From Bryobacteraceae bacterium (GTDB taxonomy: Bacteria; Acidobacteriota; Terriglobia; Bryobacterales; Bryobacteraceae), in NCBI GenBank assembly GCA_035509055.1, contig DATJMA010000036.1, positions 17,850 through 81,849 of the forward strand: a stretch of DNA of 64,000 nucleotides, given 5' to 3'. Below the pieces are notes generated by a model. That model was not told the origin of the DNA. It was given only the letters and a program-made list of their open reading frames with translations, and ran no database searches. Of the stretch, positions 35,986 to 46,791 are shown piece after piece (position 1 is the stretch's first letter; the number at the start of each line of letters is the position of its first letter). The position numbers and the translations under genes were made by a program.

Positions 35986-38900
35986 ATGCGTTTTCTGATC
36001 GTCGCCCTATCCCTGCTGGCGCCCGCGCTGCTATGCGCGGTCGAGCACTCCGGCACCGTGCGGGCGGCCGACCAGTTCATACCCGGCGCGACGGTGACGG
36101 CGCGGCAGGGGGGCGCGAAACTGGTCACATACACCGATGAGAATGGCCGCTATTCGCTCGATCTGACCCCCGGCGATTGGGAAATCGAAATCCGGATGTT
36201 CGGTTTCCAGACGCTCACCGGCACGATTACAATCCACGATCAGTTCACCAGTAGAGATTGGACGCTCGAAATGCCGAGGGTAGAACCGGAGCCGGCCAAG
36301 CCCGCGCCGAAACCGGCCGCGCCCGCCCGCACGCCAACGACAGCGGCAGCTGGCGGTGGCCGGGGGCGATACGGCCAGGGCCGGATGGGGATGCCGGGGC
36401 GCAGCCAACCGCAGCAGTCAGGACCGCCTGCCTTTCAGAATGCCGATGTGACCGCGACCGATGCCGGTGCCGAAGCGCTGGCGATGGCCGCCGGTGACGG
36501 TTCGGACCTGGCCGCGACCGCCGATACTTCCGACGCGTATTTGATGAACGGCAGTACCAGCGGCGGATTGGCGGCGGCATCCGACGATTTTGCGCGCATG
36601 GGACGCGGCCGGGGTGGTCCGGGAGGCCCCATGGGACCGGGCGCGCTCGGCGCGGGGCCGGGAGGCAACGGGTTGATGACGCTGGGCGCGGGTCTCGGCG
36701 CGAATGGCGATCCTCTGGGCATGGGCGGATTTGGCGCCGCGGGCGCCGATGCCGGTTTCGGACCGGGCCCAGGCGGATTCGGATTCGGCGGTCCGGGCGG
36801 TGGTGGAGGTGGCCGCGGTGGCGGTGGAGGAGGTCGCGGCGGTGGACGGGGCGGTGGTGGCGCGCAGGGCCGCGGCGGCCGCGGGCGCGGGCCTTTCGGC
36901 GGGCAATATGCACAGTTCGGCAATCGCCGCGGGCGTGGACGCCAATCGCCTTATCAGGGGTCGATTGCGGTAACGGTGACGAATTCGGCGCTCAATGCCG
37001 CGCCGTTCTCTCTCAACGGCCAGAACCAGCCCAAGCCTTCGTCGGCGAATGAAACCATCGCCTTCAATTTCGGCGGACCGGTTCGCATTCCGCATATCGT
37101 CAGCAACGATAAATGGTCGTTCTACGTGAATTTCACCAATCACGAAGGCCGGACCGCGAACAACCTGGTGAGTACCGTTCCAAGCGACGCGGAGCGCGCG
37201 GGCGATCTTTCCGCCGCCACCCAGACCCTCACCCTCGGAGGAGTGCGGCAAGTCGTGCCGGTGGTGATCTACGATCCCACTAACAACGCGCCGTTCCCGA
37301 ATGCCGTCATTCCCTCCACCCGGCTGAATTCCGCGGCGCTCGGGCTGCTGGCTTATTTCCCCCAGCCCACTTATCCGAATCTCGCGACCTACAACTACGC
37401 CATCTCTGAATCCACGCCGTCCATGAGCAACTCGCTGGGAGTGCGGCTGCAAGGCTCGGTCACCAACAAGGACCGCATCAGCTTCAACGAGCAATATCAG
37501 TTGCGCAGTTCGACTTCCGAACAGCTTTTCGGTTTCGACGATACCAGCAAAGGCTACGGCCTTAGTTCCACCTTCGGCTGGGTACACATGTTCAGAGCGC
37601 GCGTCAATAATAGCGCGCAGCTCGCGTTCAGCCGGAATCTCGCCAGGAACCAGCCCTTTTTTGCTTATAAGACGGATATCGAAGGCGATTTGGGAATCGC
37701 CGGTCCCGACACCAGCCCCATCGATTACGGCCCCCCAACCCTGGGATTCACCAACTTCGGGTCGCTTTCGGACGGCACCTACCAATCGACGCGCGCCCAG
37801 ACTACGAACTTCACCGACACGTTCACTTACATCGCGCATAAGAATCACAATCTGAGCTTCGGGTTCGGCTACCGTCGCATGCAGAACAACGTGCTCTCCT
37901 ATGCCAGTTCGCGAGGTAGCTTCACCTTCAGCGGCGCGATGACGCAGGGACCCGGCTGCGGCGGCGATCAGGGTGCCTCCTGTGCCGCCGGATATGACTT
38001 CGCCGATTTCCTGTTGGGCTACCCCGATGTCAGCAGCCTGCGCACCGGCAATGACAACAATTATTTCCGCGGTTGGGCCGCCAACGCTTTCGCCATGGAC
38101 GATTGGCGCGTCAGCCGCGGCCTGACCATCAATTTCGGATTGCGCTACGAGTACTTCTCGCCATACACGGAGCTAGACGGGCATCTCGCCAATCTCGATA
38201 TCAATCCCGCTTTCACCGCGGTCGATGTCGTCACCGCAAGCGGCGTAGGAACTTATTTCGGACAATATCCGGCGAGCCTGCTCAAGGGAGATCCGCACGC
38301 GTTCTCCCCGCGATTCGGGCTGGCGTGGCGTCCCTCGCAGAAAAACAGCCGCGTAATCCGCCTGGGCTACAGCATTTTCTACAGCGGATCGAGTTACAGC
38401 AGTTTCGCCACGCAAATGGCCGGACAGCCGCCCTTTGCCAACCAGGTCAACATTACGGGAACGCCCGCCAGCCCCATCACTCTGGAGAACGGATTTCCGC
38501 CCTCTCCCAACACGCTCACGAACCAATACGCCATCAACCCCAACTACCGCCTCGCCTACACGCAAACCTGGACCGTCGCCTTGCAGCAGACCCTGCCGCA
38601 CAATGTGCTGATGGAACTCGAGTACGTCGGGATCAAGGGTACGGGCCTGCCCGTCACCCTCCTGCCGAACCAGCCCGTCATACCCGGCGCCGCTGTCCCG
38701 TCCACCGACCCTGGATCGGCCGTCCGCATTCCCGGAGCCAGTTCGTTCTCCTACCAGACCGACATCGCCGATTCCATCATGCACGCCGGCCAGGTGCGGC
38801 TCACGCGCCGATTCACGCGCGGAATGTCGGCGGTGGCCCTTTACACGTTTTCCAAATCTATCGACGATCAGAGCAACCAGGCCGAAGACCCGTTCAATTT

Positions 38901-39453
38901 GAGCCTGGACCGCGCGCTGTCGAGCACCGATCAGCGGCAGCGCCTGAACGTGACGTATGTGGTGTCGTCGCCGGTGGGTGTGCGCGGGCTCTGGCGCAAC
39001 GGCGGATGGAAAACCCGCATGCTGGCCGGCTGGACTACCGCCGGCGGGTTCACTTATGCCACCGGCATGCCTCTCACTCCAACTCTCGGCAAGGACGTAA
39101 GCAGTTGGTTCTACATGCGCCCCTTCACCACCGGTCTGCCGCTGAACGCGCCCGGCCTGCCGTACTTCAATCTCGCCGCATTCTCCGACACCCTGCCCGT
39201 CGGCGAATATGGCGATGCCGGCCGCGACATCCTTACCGGCATTCCGACCCTGAGCCTGAATGCGCAGCTCAATCGCGCCTGGCGTTTCGGCGAGAGCCGC
39301 AAACAGATCCAGTTGTCGTTCCGCACCAATAATGTGTTGAATCACGTCTACATTACAGGCTTCGGCACCGCGGTGGGCTCCAACTCCTACGGCCTGCCCA
39401 CGGCGGCATCCGGCACCAGGACTGTGACGTGCGTCCTGCGATTCAATTTCTGA
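35986..39453 (+). CDS. CarboxypepD_reg-domain TonB-dependent-receptor-like outer-membrane protein with long Gly/Arg-rich linker
   Basis: Signal peptide. [47 protein letters not shown] (CarboxypepD_reg). About 230 aa low-complexity region. Large barrel ending ...[10 protein letters not shown] (aromatic terminus). 1155 aa. Confidence 0.85.
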   Translation: MRFLIVALSLLAPALLCAVEHSGTVRAADQFIPGATVTARQGGAKLVTYTDENGRYSLDLTPGDWEIEIRMFGFQTLTGTITIHDQFTSRDWTLEMPRVEPEPAKPAPKPAAPARTPTTAAAGGGRGRYGQGRMGMPGRSQPQQSGPPAFQNADVTATDAGAEALAMAAGDGSDLAATADTSDAYLMNGSTSGGLAAASDDFARMGRGRGGPGGPMGPGALGAGPGGNGLMTLGAGLGANGDPLGMGGFGAAGADAGFGPGPGGFGFGGPGGGGGGRGGGGGGRGGGRGGGGAQGRGGRGRGPFGGQYAQFGNRRGRGRQSPYQGSIAVTVTNSALNAAPFSLNGQNQPKPSSANETIAFNFGGPVRIPHIVSNDKWSFYVNFTNHEGRTANNLVSTVPSDAERAGDLSAATQTLTLGGVRQVVPVVIYDPTNNAPFPNAVIPSTRLNSAALGLLAYFPQPTYPNLATYNYAISESTPSMSNSLGVRLQGSVTNKDRISFNEQYQLRSSTSEQLFGFDDTSKGYGLSSTFGWVHMFRARVNNSAQLAFSRNLARNQPFFAYKTDIEGDLGIAGPDTSPIDYGPPTLGFTNFGSLSDGTYQSTRAQTTNFTDTFTYIAHKNHNLSFGFGYRRMQNNVLSYASSRGSFTFSGAMTQGPGCGGDQGASCAAGYDFADFLLGYPDVSSLRTGNDNNYFRGWAANAFAMDDWRVSRGLTINFGLRYEYFSPYTELDGHLANLDINPAFTAVDVVTASGVGTYFGQYPASLLKGDPHAFSPRFGLAWRPSQKNSRVIRLGYSIFYSGSSYSSFATQMAGQPPFANQVNITGTPASPITLENGFPPSPNTLTNQYAINPNYRLAYTQTWTVALQQTLPHNVLMELEYVGIKGTGLPVTLLPNQPVIPGAAVPSTDPGSAVRIPGASSFSYQTDIADSIMHAGQVRLTRRFTRGMSAVALYTFSKSIDDQSNQAEDPFNLSLDRALSSTDQRQRLNVTYVVSSPVGVRGLWRNGGWKTRMLAGWTTAGGFTYATGMPLTPTLGKDVSSWFYMRPFTTGLPLNAPGLPYFNLAAFSDTLPVGEYGDAGRDILTGIPTLSLNAQLNRAWRFGESRKQIQLSFRTNNVLNHVYITGFGTAVGSNSYGLPTAASGTRTVTCVLRFNF

Positions 39454-39459
39454 ACGTTT

Positions 39460-41562
39460 ATGCGAAAGATCTGGATTCCGGCAGCGATGGCGTTGGTGGC
39501 GTTGGGGCAGCAGAAGCCTCCCGCGCCCCCGCCTACGAAGTTCGTGATCAACTCCAACCTGGTAATCGTGGACCTGACCGTGAAGGACAAAAACGGCAAG
39601 GCGATTGAAGGGCTGACGAAAAACGACGTCGAGGTATTGGAGGACGGCAAGCCGCAGACCATTACGTTCTTCGAGCCGCAGAAGCTGACGCTCGACCCCG
39701 AACCGCCCGAGCCGCCGCCATCGCTCGAAGATCGCAATGCGCTGCCCGAGCCGCCCCGGACGCAGATCACATCGGCCGGAAAGGACAAAATTCAGTATCA
39801 CGACAAGCGCCTGATCGCGCTGTTCTTCGATTTTTCGAACATGCAGATTCCCGAGCAGCTTCGGGCGCAGGATGCCGCATTGAAATTCCTCGACGAGAAA
39901 ATGACATCTTCCGACCTGGTGGCCGTGCTGCTGTTCACCTCGGTGGTGAGCGTCCAGACCGACTTCACCGCGAACCGCACCACCCTCACTGATGTCATCA
40001 AGAATCTCCCCATCGGCGATTCCAGCGAGAACGCCGCCCTCGCCGACGATGCCAGCGACAACGGCGAAGATACCGGTGCGGCTTTCGTCGCCGACGAGAC
40101 GGAGTTCAATATTTTCAATACCGATCTGAAGCTCGCCGCGCTGGAACAAGTCGTGCGCCAACTAGCCACTCTGCCGGAAAAGAAGGCCCTCGTCTATATC
40201 AGCAACGGCATCAACAAGTCCAGCAGCCTCGAGAACCAGGCGCAGCTCGAAGCCAGCATCAATGCCGCGGTGAAATCGAACGTGGCGATTTATCCTATCG
40301 ATGCGCGCGGACTGATGGCCGACCCTCCGGGAGGCGCGGCGTCAAAAGCTTCCACGCGCGGCGGTATGAGCCTCTCCACATATAATAGCCAGCGCGCCGC
40401 CATCAACGATTCGCAGGAAACCCTGGTGTCGCTCGCGGCTGACACCGGCGGCAAGGCATTCCTCGACAGCAACGATCTCGCGCTCGGCATCCACCAGGTG
40501 CAGGAGCAATACGCCAGCTACTACATCCTCGGCTACAACACCCAGAACAACAATTTGGACGGGCGATTCCGCAAGATTACCGTGCGGCTGAGAGAGCCGC
40601 TCGCCGGCGCCAAGCTCGATTTCCGCAACGGCTACTACGCTGACAAGCAATGGAAGAACTTCAACGGCGATGACAAGGAGCGGCAGTTGAAGGACGCGCT
40701 CATGTCGGACAATCCCGTCACCGATATCCCGCTGGCCGTTGAGGTCGACTATTTCCGTATCTCACCGGCGGCGTATTTCGTGCCGGTGTCGGTGAAGATT
40801 CCGGGATCGGTGATCGCGCTGGCGCAGAAGCATGCCGTGGGGGAAACGGAATTCGATTTCATCGGCAATGTGATGGATGAGCGCAAGCAGGTGATGGGAA
40901 TGGTGCGTGATTACATCCACATCAAGCTGCCCACTACGGAAGCGGAAAAGGTAGCTTCGCGGAATTTCCATTACGACGCCGGCTTCACGCTGGCGCCGGG
41001 CCGCTATCGCATGCGCTTCCTGGTGCGCGAGGGCCAATCGGGCAAGATGGGAACGTTCGATACGCGATTCGTGATTCCCGATCTCGCGGCCGATTCCATG
41101 ACGCTCAAGACCAGTTCGGTGGTGTGGAGCAGCCAGCGCGAGCCGCTCAAATCCGCCGTGGGGCAGGCCGAGCAGGTCACGAAGAAGAACGCCGCCGCCA
41201 ATCCGCTGATCACCGGCGATGAAAAAGTGGTGCCCAACGTCGGCGATTACAAAGTCTTCCGCCGTGGGCAGAACATGTACATCGATTTCGACGTGTACGA
41301 TGCCGCGCCCGATCCCAAAAACGCCAAAGCGCGTGACGTGAAAGTGGAGATGAGCCTCTTCAATCAGAAAGGCGACAAGACGTTCGAAGTGGGTCCGGTG
41401 AGCGCCACGCAGATAGTGGATACCCGTCCCGACGCCGTGCCGGTGCGCATTCAGGTGCCGTTGAAAAACGTCGCGCCGGGGCACTATGTGTGCCAGCTAA
41501 ATGTGATCGACGTAGTCGGCCGTAAGTTTGCCTTTCCGCGGGCGAGCGTGGTGATTCAGTAA
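39460..41562 (+). CDS. VWA-domain protein of the acidobacterial VWFA-related family (TIGR03436-like)
   Basis: Signal peptide. FVINSNLVIVDLTVKDKNGKAIEGLTKNDVEVLEDGKPQTITFFE (family N-terminus). LIALFFDFSNM..., VAVLLF.., ALVYISNG (VWA core). 6 nt after the upstream stop. Confidence 0.8.
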   Translation: MRKIWIPAAMALVALGQQKPPAPPPTKFVINSNLVIVDLTVKDKNGKAIEGLTKNDVEVLEDGKPQTITFFEPQKLTLDPEPPEPPPSLEDRNALPEPPRTQITSAGKDKIQYHDKRLIALFFDFSNMQIPEQLRAQDAALKFLDEKMTSSDLVAVLLFTSVVSVQTDFTANRTTLTDVIKNLPIGDSSENAALADDASDNGEDTGAAFVADETEFNIFNTDLKLAALEQVVRQLATLPEKKALVYISNGINKSSSLENQAQLEASINAAVKSNVAIYPIDARGLMADPPGGAASKASTRGGMSLSTYNSQRAAINDSQETLVSLAADTGGKAFLDSNDLALGIHQVQEQYASYYILGYNTQNNNLDGRFRKITVRLREPLAGAKLDFRNGYYADKQWKNFNGDDKERQLKDALMSDNPVTDIPLAVEVDYFRISPAAYFVPVSVKIPGSVIALAQKHAVGETEFDFIGNVMDERKQVMGMVRDYIHIKLPTTEAEKVASRNFHYDAGFTLAPGRYRMRFLVREGQSGKMGTFDTRFVIPDLAADSMTLKTSSVVWSSQREPLKSAVGQAEQVTKKNAAANPLITGDEKVVPNVGDYKVFRRGQNMYIDFDVYDAAPDPKNAKARDVKVEMSLFNQKGDKTFEVGPVSATQIVDTRPDAVPVRIQVPLKNVAPGHYVCQLNVIDVVGRKFAFPRASVVIQ

Positions 41563-43986
41563 TTAATTCGCCCGCAGAGCCACCGAAGGATCGATCCGCG
41601 ACGCGCGCCTTGCCGGCAGATAGCCCGCTACGGCCGACACCGTCCCCAGCACCAGCAACATTCCCAGGAACGTGACGGAGTCGGCGGCCGACGTCTCGAA
41701 CAACATTCCGCTGATCCACCGCGAGAGCGCCCACGATCCCACCGCGCCGATTGCCATCCCCGCCCCGGCGAGCGCCAGCGTCCGCAACAGAATCCGCCCT
41801 TGCACATTCCCGGCCGATGCGCCCAGCGCCATGCGAATGCCGATTTCCTGCGTCCGCTGGCCCACCGAGTACGAAATCACCGCGTAAATGCCGAGCGACG
41901 CGAGAACCAGCGCGAACAGCGCGAACCCGCCGAGCAGCAGCACCACGAATCTCCGCGGAGAGACGGACTTATCCACCAGCTGCTGCACCAGGCGGAAATC
42001 GTTGCCGGGCAGGTTTGGCGCGATCGGCTTGATCGCGGCACGCAGAGCCGAGGCGAACTGCTCCGGCGGAAGCGTGGTGCGCACTACGAGGTCGAGTGCC
42101 ATCACGTCGCGGCCCTGGCGCATGGGCTGATAGAATTCCATCCCCGCGCCCTGTTCGAGCGCCAGGTGCCGCACATCGCCCACTACTCCGACGATGCGGC
42201 GGTCCTTATCCGTGCTGATAATCTTGCCAACGGCGTCCTCGCCTGGAAACAGCGTGCGCGCCATAGTCTCGTTGATGAGAATCACCGGATCGTCCGTCGC
42301 GCCATCGTGCGGGCTGAAATCGCGGCCGGCGCGAATCGGAATTCCCATCGCCGCAATATATCCATCGCTCACCACCCGCACAAAACCGACGGGATTTTTG
42401 CCGCGCTCGAACGTTCTCCCTTTCACTCCCACGCCCCAACTGCGATTGCGGCCCAGCGGCAGGCTATCCGTGATGCCCGCGCTCACCACGCCGGGAATCG
42501 ATCGCGCGCGGCGCAGCACTTCGTCGTAATAGGCGTTGGCTTCTTGCTGGGTTTTGAACTGCTGATCGGCATCCACGCGCATCGAGGCCACCCGCTCCGG
42601 GTTGAATCCCAGATTGACGTCGAGCACTTTCACAAAACTGCGAATCAGCAGCCCCGCGCCCACCAGCAGCACGCACGCAAATGCGATTTCGGAGACCACC
42701 AGTCCGCTCCGCACCCATCCCCGTCCTTTGCCCTCCGTCGAGCCGCGATTCGCGTCCTTCAACACGTCGTGCAGCGTTGCGGCGGGAATGTGCAGCGCCG
42801 GCGCAAGCCCGAACAGCACGCCCGTCGCGACCGCCATCAGCAGCGTGAAGACCAGCGCGTCGCTATCGGTATGCACGTTCTCCAGCAGCGGTATGTTGAT
42901 GGCCTGAAGGTGCGCCAGGGCGCGCGTTCCCACCAGCGCTAGAGCGATACCCAACAGTGCGCCGCAACAGGAAAGCGCCAACCCTTCGGTAAGCATCTGC
43001 CCAACCAGCCGCCAATGCCCTGCCCCAAGGGCTGTGCGGATGGCGATCTCCTTTTGCCGCGACGCCGTCCGCGCCAGCAGCAGGTTCGAGAGATTCGCGC
43101 ACACAATCAGCATCACCACGCCCACCGCGCCGGCCAGAACCATCAGGGCGAGCCGCATGCGCCCGCTCACGTGCTCCGCGAGCGGTATCACGTGGCCTTC
43201 GAAGCTATTGCGCTCGGGGTGCGCCTGCGTGATATGGGCGGCCAGAAGCTTAATCTCTGCCTGCGCGCTCGCCACGGAAACGCCCGTCTTCAGCCGACCG
43301 ACCATGGCCATTGTGTTGCCCCAACGGTTGGTCTCCGGCGAAAGCGGAAAGGGTGAAAACATATCGATGTGGCTGCCGGGCGCGAAAATCGAGGAAAAAT
43401 CGAACGACGCCGGCAGCACGCCGGCCACGGTCGTCGGTGTGTTGTCGATGTCAATTGACCGGCCAATCACCGAACGGTCGGAAGCAAAGCGCCGCTCCCA
43501 GAATCCGTGGCTCAAGAGCACGGCTTTCGGCCCGTTCCATTTGCATTCGTCGGCTGTGAATTGCCGTCCCACTTCGGGATCCAGGCCCAGCACGGGAAAA
43601 AAATTGCACGATACCGGGACGCTGCTGATGCGCTCGGGCGTGCTGCCGTTCAGGATGCTGTCGCCCACGCCGTAGAAGGCGAAATAACCGGCGAGATCTT
43701 CGAAGGAACGGTTCTGCTCGCGCAGATCGAGCAGGTGCCCCACCTGTGTGGTCTGCCCCGAAAGTCCGGCGACATCGTAATTCGTCACCCACACCAGGCG
43801 CTGCGGATCGCGGAACGGAAGCGGGCGGAGCAGCAGAGCGTCCAATACGCTGAACAGCGTGGAACTTGCTCCGATGCCGAACCCGACAATGAGGATGGCG
43901 AATATGGCAAAGCCCGCGTCGCGGCGAAGCGAACGGAACGCATAGCGCAGATCTTTCCGGAAGCTCTCGAACCAGTGGTGCGTCAC
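41563..43986 (-). CDS. MacB-like duplicated FtsX permease (ADOP family), paralog 3
   Basis: MTHHWFESFRKDLRYAFRSLRRDAGFAIFAILIVGFGIGASSTLFSVLDALLLRPLPF..., C-terminal LPARRASRIDPSVALR. Its stop codon abuts the convergent VWA stop (TAATTA). Confidence 0.9.
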   Translation of the reverse strand: MTHHWFESFRKDLRYAFRSLRRDAGFAIFAILIVGFGIGASSTLFSVLDALLLRPLPFRDPQRLVWVTNYDVAGLSGQTTQVGHLLDLREQNRSFEDLAGYFAFYGVGDSILNGSTPERISSVPVSCNFFPVLGLDPEVGRQFTADECKWNGPKAVLLSHGFWERRFASDRSVIGRSIDIDNTPTTVAGVLPASFDFSSIFAPGSHIDMFSPFPLSPETNRWGNTMAMVGRLKTGVSVASAQAEIKLLAAHITQAHPERNSFEGHVIPLAEHVSGRMRLALMVLAGAVGVVMLIVCANLSNLLLARTASRQKEIAIRTALGAGHWRLVGQMLTEGLALSCCGALLGIALALVGTRALAHLQAINIPLLENVHTDSDALVFTLLMAVATGVLFGLAPALHIPAATLHDVLKDANRGSTEGKGRGWVRSGLVVSEIAFACVLLVGAGLLIRSFVKVLDVNLGFNPERVASMRVDADQQFKTQQEANAYYDEVLRRARSIPGVVSAGITDSLPLGRNRSWGVGVKGRTFERGKNPVGFVRVVSDGYIAAMGIPIRAGRDFSPHDGATDDPVILINETMARTLFPGEDAVGKIISTDKDRRIVGVVGDVRHLALEQGAGMEFYQPMRQGRDVMALDLVVRTTLPPEQFASALRAAIKPIAPNLPGNDFRLVQQLVDKSVSPRRFVVLLLGGFALFALVLASLGIYAVISYSVGQRTQEIGIRMALGASAGNVQGRILLRTLALAGAGMAIGAVGSWALSRWISGMLFETSAADSVTFLGMLLVLGTVSAVAGYLPARRASRIDPSVALRAN

Positions 43987-44034
43987 GACTGGTTAGACGC
44001 GGGACTCGAGGCGGGGTTACGGAGCAATCTCGCG

Positions 44035-44043
44035 TGGTAGAAT
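44035..44043 (+). promoter_or_regulatory. candidate extended -10 element TGgTAGAAT, 12 nt upstream of the ATG at 44056
   Basis: cgcgTGgTAGAATcgggacactcacATG. Weak -35 (ttacgg, 15-nt spacer). Confidence 0.25.
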
Positions 44044-44055
44044 CGGGACACTCAC

Positions 44056-44427
44056 ATGCGTCGCGCTCTCGCATGGCTGCTGCTGGCTGAGTTCAGCTTT
44101 CCGCTGATCGCGCCCGCGCTGTTCGCCGATGCGGAATCGAACCTTCCCGAATGCTGCCGCCGCGGCGGCAAGCATCACTGCGCGATGATGATGGACGACG
44201 CGCCCGTTACCGGCGTGTCGTTCCGCTCCGCCCACGCCCGCTGCCCGTTATATCCCGGCATTTCGGCCACACCCGCTGGCGATTACGTCGCGGTGCTGAA
44301 CAGCTCCGTCCTTCTTTTCGGAGCTTTGGTCAGCCACCCGGCGATTTTCGTCCAAACCGAAGCTGTCTACCGCATTTCCTTCAGCCGCGAACGCCAAAAG
44401 CGCGGCCCTCCCGTGACGCTCTCGTAA
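44056..44427 (+). CDS. small secreted Cys/His/Met-rich protein (123 aa), DUF2946-like in context
   Basis: Signal-like MRRALAWLLLAEFSFPLIAPALFA. CCRRGGKHHCAMMMDD and ARCPLYPG clusters. C-terminal RGPPVTLS. 87 nt upstream of a co-directional TonB-dependent receptor. Confidence 0.55.
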   Translation: MRRALAWLLLAEFSFPLIAPALFADAESNLPECCRRGGKHHCAMMMDDAPVTGVSFRSAHARCPLYPGISATPAGDYVAVLNSSVLLFGALVSHPAIFVQTEAVYRISFSRERQKRGPPVTLS

Positions 44428-44514
44428 GCAGAGGCAAGTCTGAGCCGCGACCGCGCTTTGGCGAGCAAGGGAGCGGTGGTCTTTCATCGAGAGATTTCAG
44501 GAGAAGGAGGCTTT

Positions 44515-46791
44515 GTGCGCAAGCTCGTATGCTGTGCGTTTGTGGCGACCGCTTTGTTTGCCACCATTTTTGGAAAAATTCAGGGAGTGGTGCACGATCC
44601 GCAGCACCGTCCCGTGCCCGGCGCCGCGGTAAAACTACAATCCGCCACTTCGGATTGGTCGCAAACGGCACAGGCGGACAACAACGGCGAGTTCTCATTC
44701 GCCGCGGTGCCTGTCGGCGATTACCGCATCACCGTCAGCCAACCCAACTTCGAAACGGTCCAGCAGACCGTCACCGTGAATTCCAGTTCGTCACCGGTCC
44801 TGCATTTTCAATTGCCGCTGGCCTCTCAGCACGAAAGTACGTTGGTCGCGGCTGAGACGAACACCGTCACCACCGATTCTGTCACCCCCACTACGCTGGT
44901 CGACCGCGCCGACATCGCCGAAACTCCCGGTGCCGATCGCACCAACAGCATGGCGATGATCACCGATTATGTTCCCGCTGCTTACGTCACCCACGACATG
45001 CTGCACATGCGCGGCGGCCACCAGGTCGATTGGCTGATCGACGGCGTTCCCATACCGAACACCAACATCGCCACCAATCTTGGCCCGCAGATCGACCCGA
45101 AGGACATCGATTATCTCGAAGTCGAGCGCGGCAGCTACAGCGCGGACTACGGCGACCGCACCTACGGCATCTTCAACGTTGTGCCGCGCACCGGCTTCGA
45201 GCGCGACAACGAAGCGGAATTGGTCACATCGTTCGGCAATTGGTATCAGACCAACGATCAACTGAATTTCGGCGGACACACCAAGCGCTTCGCGTATTAT
45301 GTGAGCTTCACCGGGAACCGCAGCAACTATGGCCTCCAAACGCCCATCGGTGCGGTGTATCACGATGCGGAAAACGGCTACGGAGGGTTTGCGTCGCTAA
45401 TATTCAACGCTAACTCCTCCAACCAGTTTCGCCTGGTGGCGTCGCTGCGGCAGGATTATTACCAGATCCCTATCGATCCGGATCCCAATTCGGCTGGCAA
45501 TCAGGTTTACCCGAGCTATGGCCTCCGCGATACCGAACGCGAACCGGACGGGTATGCGGCGTTCTCCTGGGTCCACACCTTCAATCCCAACGTGCTGCTG
45601 ACAGTCTCGCCGTTCTACCACTACAACCAGGCGAGCTATGAGGCCTCGCCGAACGATGTGCCGGTGGCCACCAATGTCGATCAGACCGCCAACTATGGCG
45701 GCGCGCAGGCCACTCTGGGCGCCACCATCGCCAAGACCAACGACGTCGAAATCGGCGCGTACGGGTTCGTCCAGCGCCAGAGCAACTATTTCAACAACAC
45801 CTTCACGGATTGCGCCCCGGATTGTTCGAATTTCGGCCCTTCTTCGGCTGCCGTAACCGGAGGATTGATCGAAGAGTTCATCAGCGACCGCTTCAAGGTT
45901 ACGCCCTGGCTTACCCTCATCGCCGGAGTTCGTGAATCGCACTTCTCCGGCGCCTCGATCGTGGAGAATGCCACCGATCCGCGCCTCGGCGTCGCCGTCC
46001 GCGTCCCATTCCTTAATTGGGTCTTCCGCGGATTTTGGGGCAAATACTATCAGGCGCCGCCACTGTTGACGGCCACCGGCCCGCTGCTCGATCTCGCGGA
46101 CAGCCAGAGTCTGGCTTTCGGTCCTTTGCGCGGCGAGCGCGACAAGGAATGGCAGGTGGGAGTCATGATTCCTTTCCGCGGCTGGATCCTCGACGCCGAT
46201 AACTTCCAGACTAGTGCGACGAATTGGCTCGATCACAGCAATATCGGCGAATCGAATCTATTTTGGCCGCTCACATGGAACGCGGCTTTGATTCAAGGTT
46301 GGGAGTTCACCCTCCGCTCGCCGCGCCTCTGGCGAAGAGGTCAGGCGCACTTTTCGTATTCGAACCAGATCGCGCAGGCGGAAGGACCGTTCACCGGCGG
46401 CCTGATTTGTCCCACCCCCATCCCCGATGGGTGCGAGCCGGCGCCGGGATTCGCGCCGGTGGACCACGACCAGCGGAATACGTTGAATCTGGGTTTCGAA
46501 GCCAGCCTGCCCGGACAGATGTTCGCCGCCACGAACGTCTATTACGGCTCGGGATTCACGAATGGGCTGCCCGACGCGCAATATCCCGGCGATTATCTTC
46601 CCGGCCACACCACGTTCGATGTCGCTCTTGGTAAATCCTTCGGCGAAGGAGAAAGATACCGCGTCTCGCTGAATGCCGTGAATGTCGCGAATCGCCGGGT
46701 GCTGCTCGACAACAGCCTGACATTCGGCGGCTTCCACTTCAACGATCCGCGGCAGTTGTACCTGGAATTCCGCTGGAAGTTCCACTACTAA
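44515..46791 (+). CDS. TonB-dependent receptor with N-terminal CarboxypepD_reg domain
   Basis: GTG at 44515 preceded by gAGGAGAAGGAGG. VRKLVCCAFVATALFATIFG signal. IQGVVHDPQHRPVPGAAVKLQS..NGEFSFAAVPVGDYRITV. Plug (LHMRGGHQVDWLIDGVPIPN). Terminal ...LEFRWKFHY. Confidence 0.85.
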   Translation: MRKLVCCAFVATALFATIFGKIQGVVHDPQHRPVPGAAVKLQSATSDWSQTAQADNNGEFSFAAVPVGDYRITVSQPNFETVQQTVTVNSSSSPVLHFQLPLASQHESTLVAAETNTVTTDSVTPTTLVDRADIAETPGADRTNSMAMITDYVPAAYVTHDMLHMRGGHQVDWLIDGVPIPNTNIATNLGPQIDPKDIDYLEVERGSYSADYGDRTYGIFNVVPRTGFERDNEAELVTSFGNWYQTNDQLNFGGHTKRFAYYVSFTGNRSNYGLQTPIGAVYHDAENGYGGFASLIFNANSSNQFRLVASLRQDYYQIPIDPDPNSAGNQVYPSYGLRDTEREPDGYAAFSWVHTFNPNVLLTVSPFYHYNQASYEASPNDVPVATNVDQTANYGGAQATLGATIAKTNDVEIGAYGFVQRQSNYFNNTFTDCAPDCSNFGPSSAAVTGGLIEEFISDRFKVTPWLTLIAGVRESHFSGASIVENATDPRLGVAVRVPFLNWVFRGFWGKYYQAPPLLTATGPLLDLADSQSLAFGPLRGERDKEWQVGVMIPFRGWILDADNFQTSATNWLDHSNIGESNLFWPLTWNAALIQGWEFTLRSPRLWRRGQAHFSYSNQIAQAEGPFTGGLICPTPIPDGCEPAPGFAPVDHDQRNTLNLGFEASLPGQMFAATNVYYGSGFTNGLPDAQYPGDYLPGHTTFDVALGKSFGEGERYRVSLNAVNVANRRVLLDNSLTFGGFHFNDPRQLYLEFRWKFHY

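Noticed and set aside
36700-36900. Repetitive GGC/GGT-rich DNA (also the CAG/CAA-rich tract at 25975..26090 and the CCG-rich tract at 57330..57660) as possible CRISPR or other non-coding repeat arrays
   Set aside because: All lie in frame inside long, well-supported CDSs and encode Gly/Arg, Gln/Pro or Pro-rich low-complexity linkers. There is no repeat-spacer periodicity.
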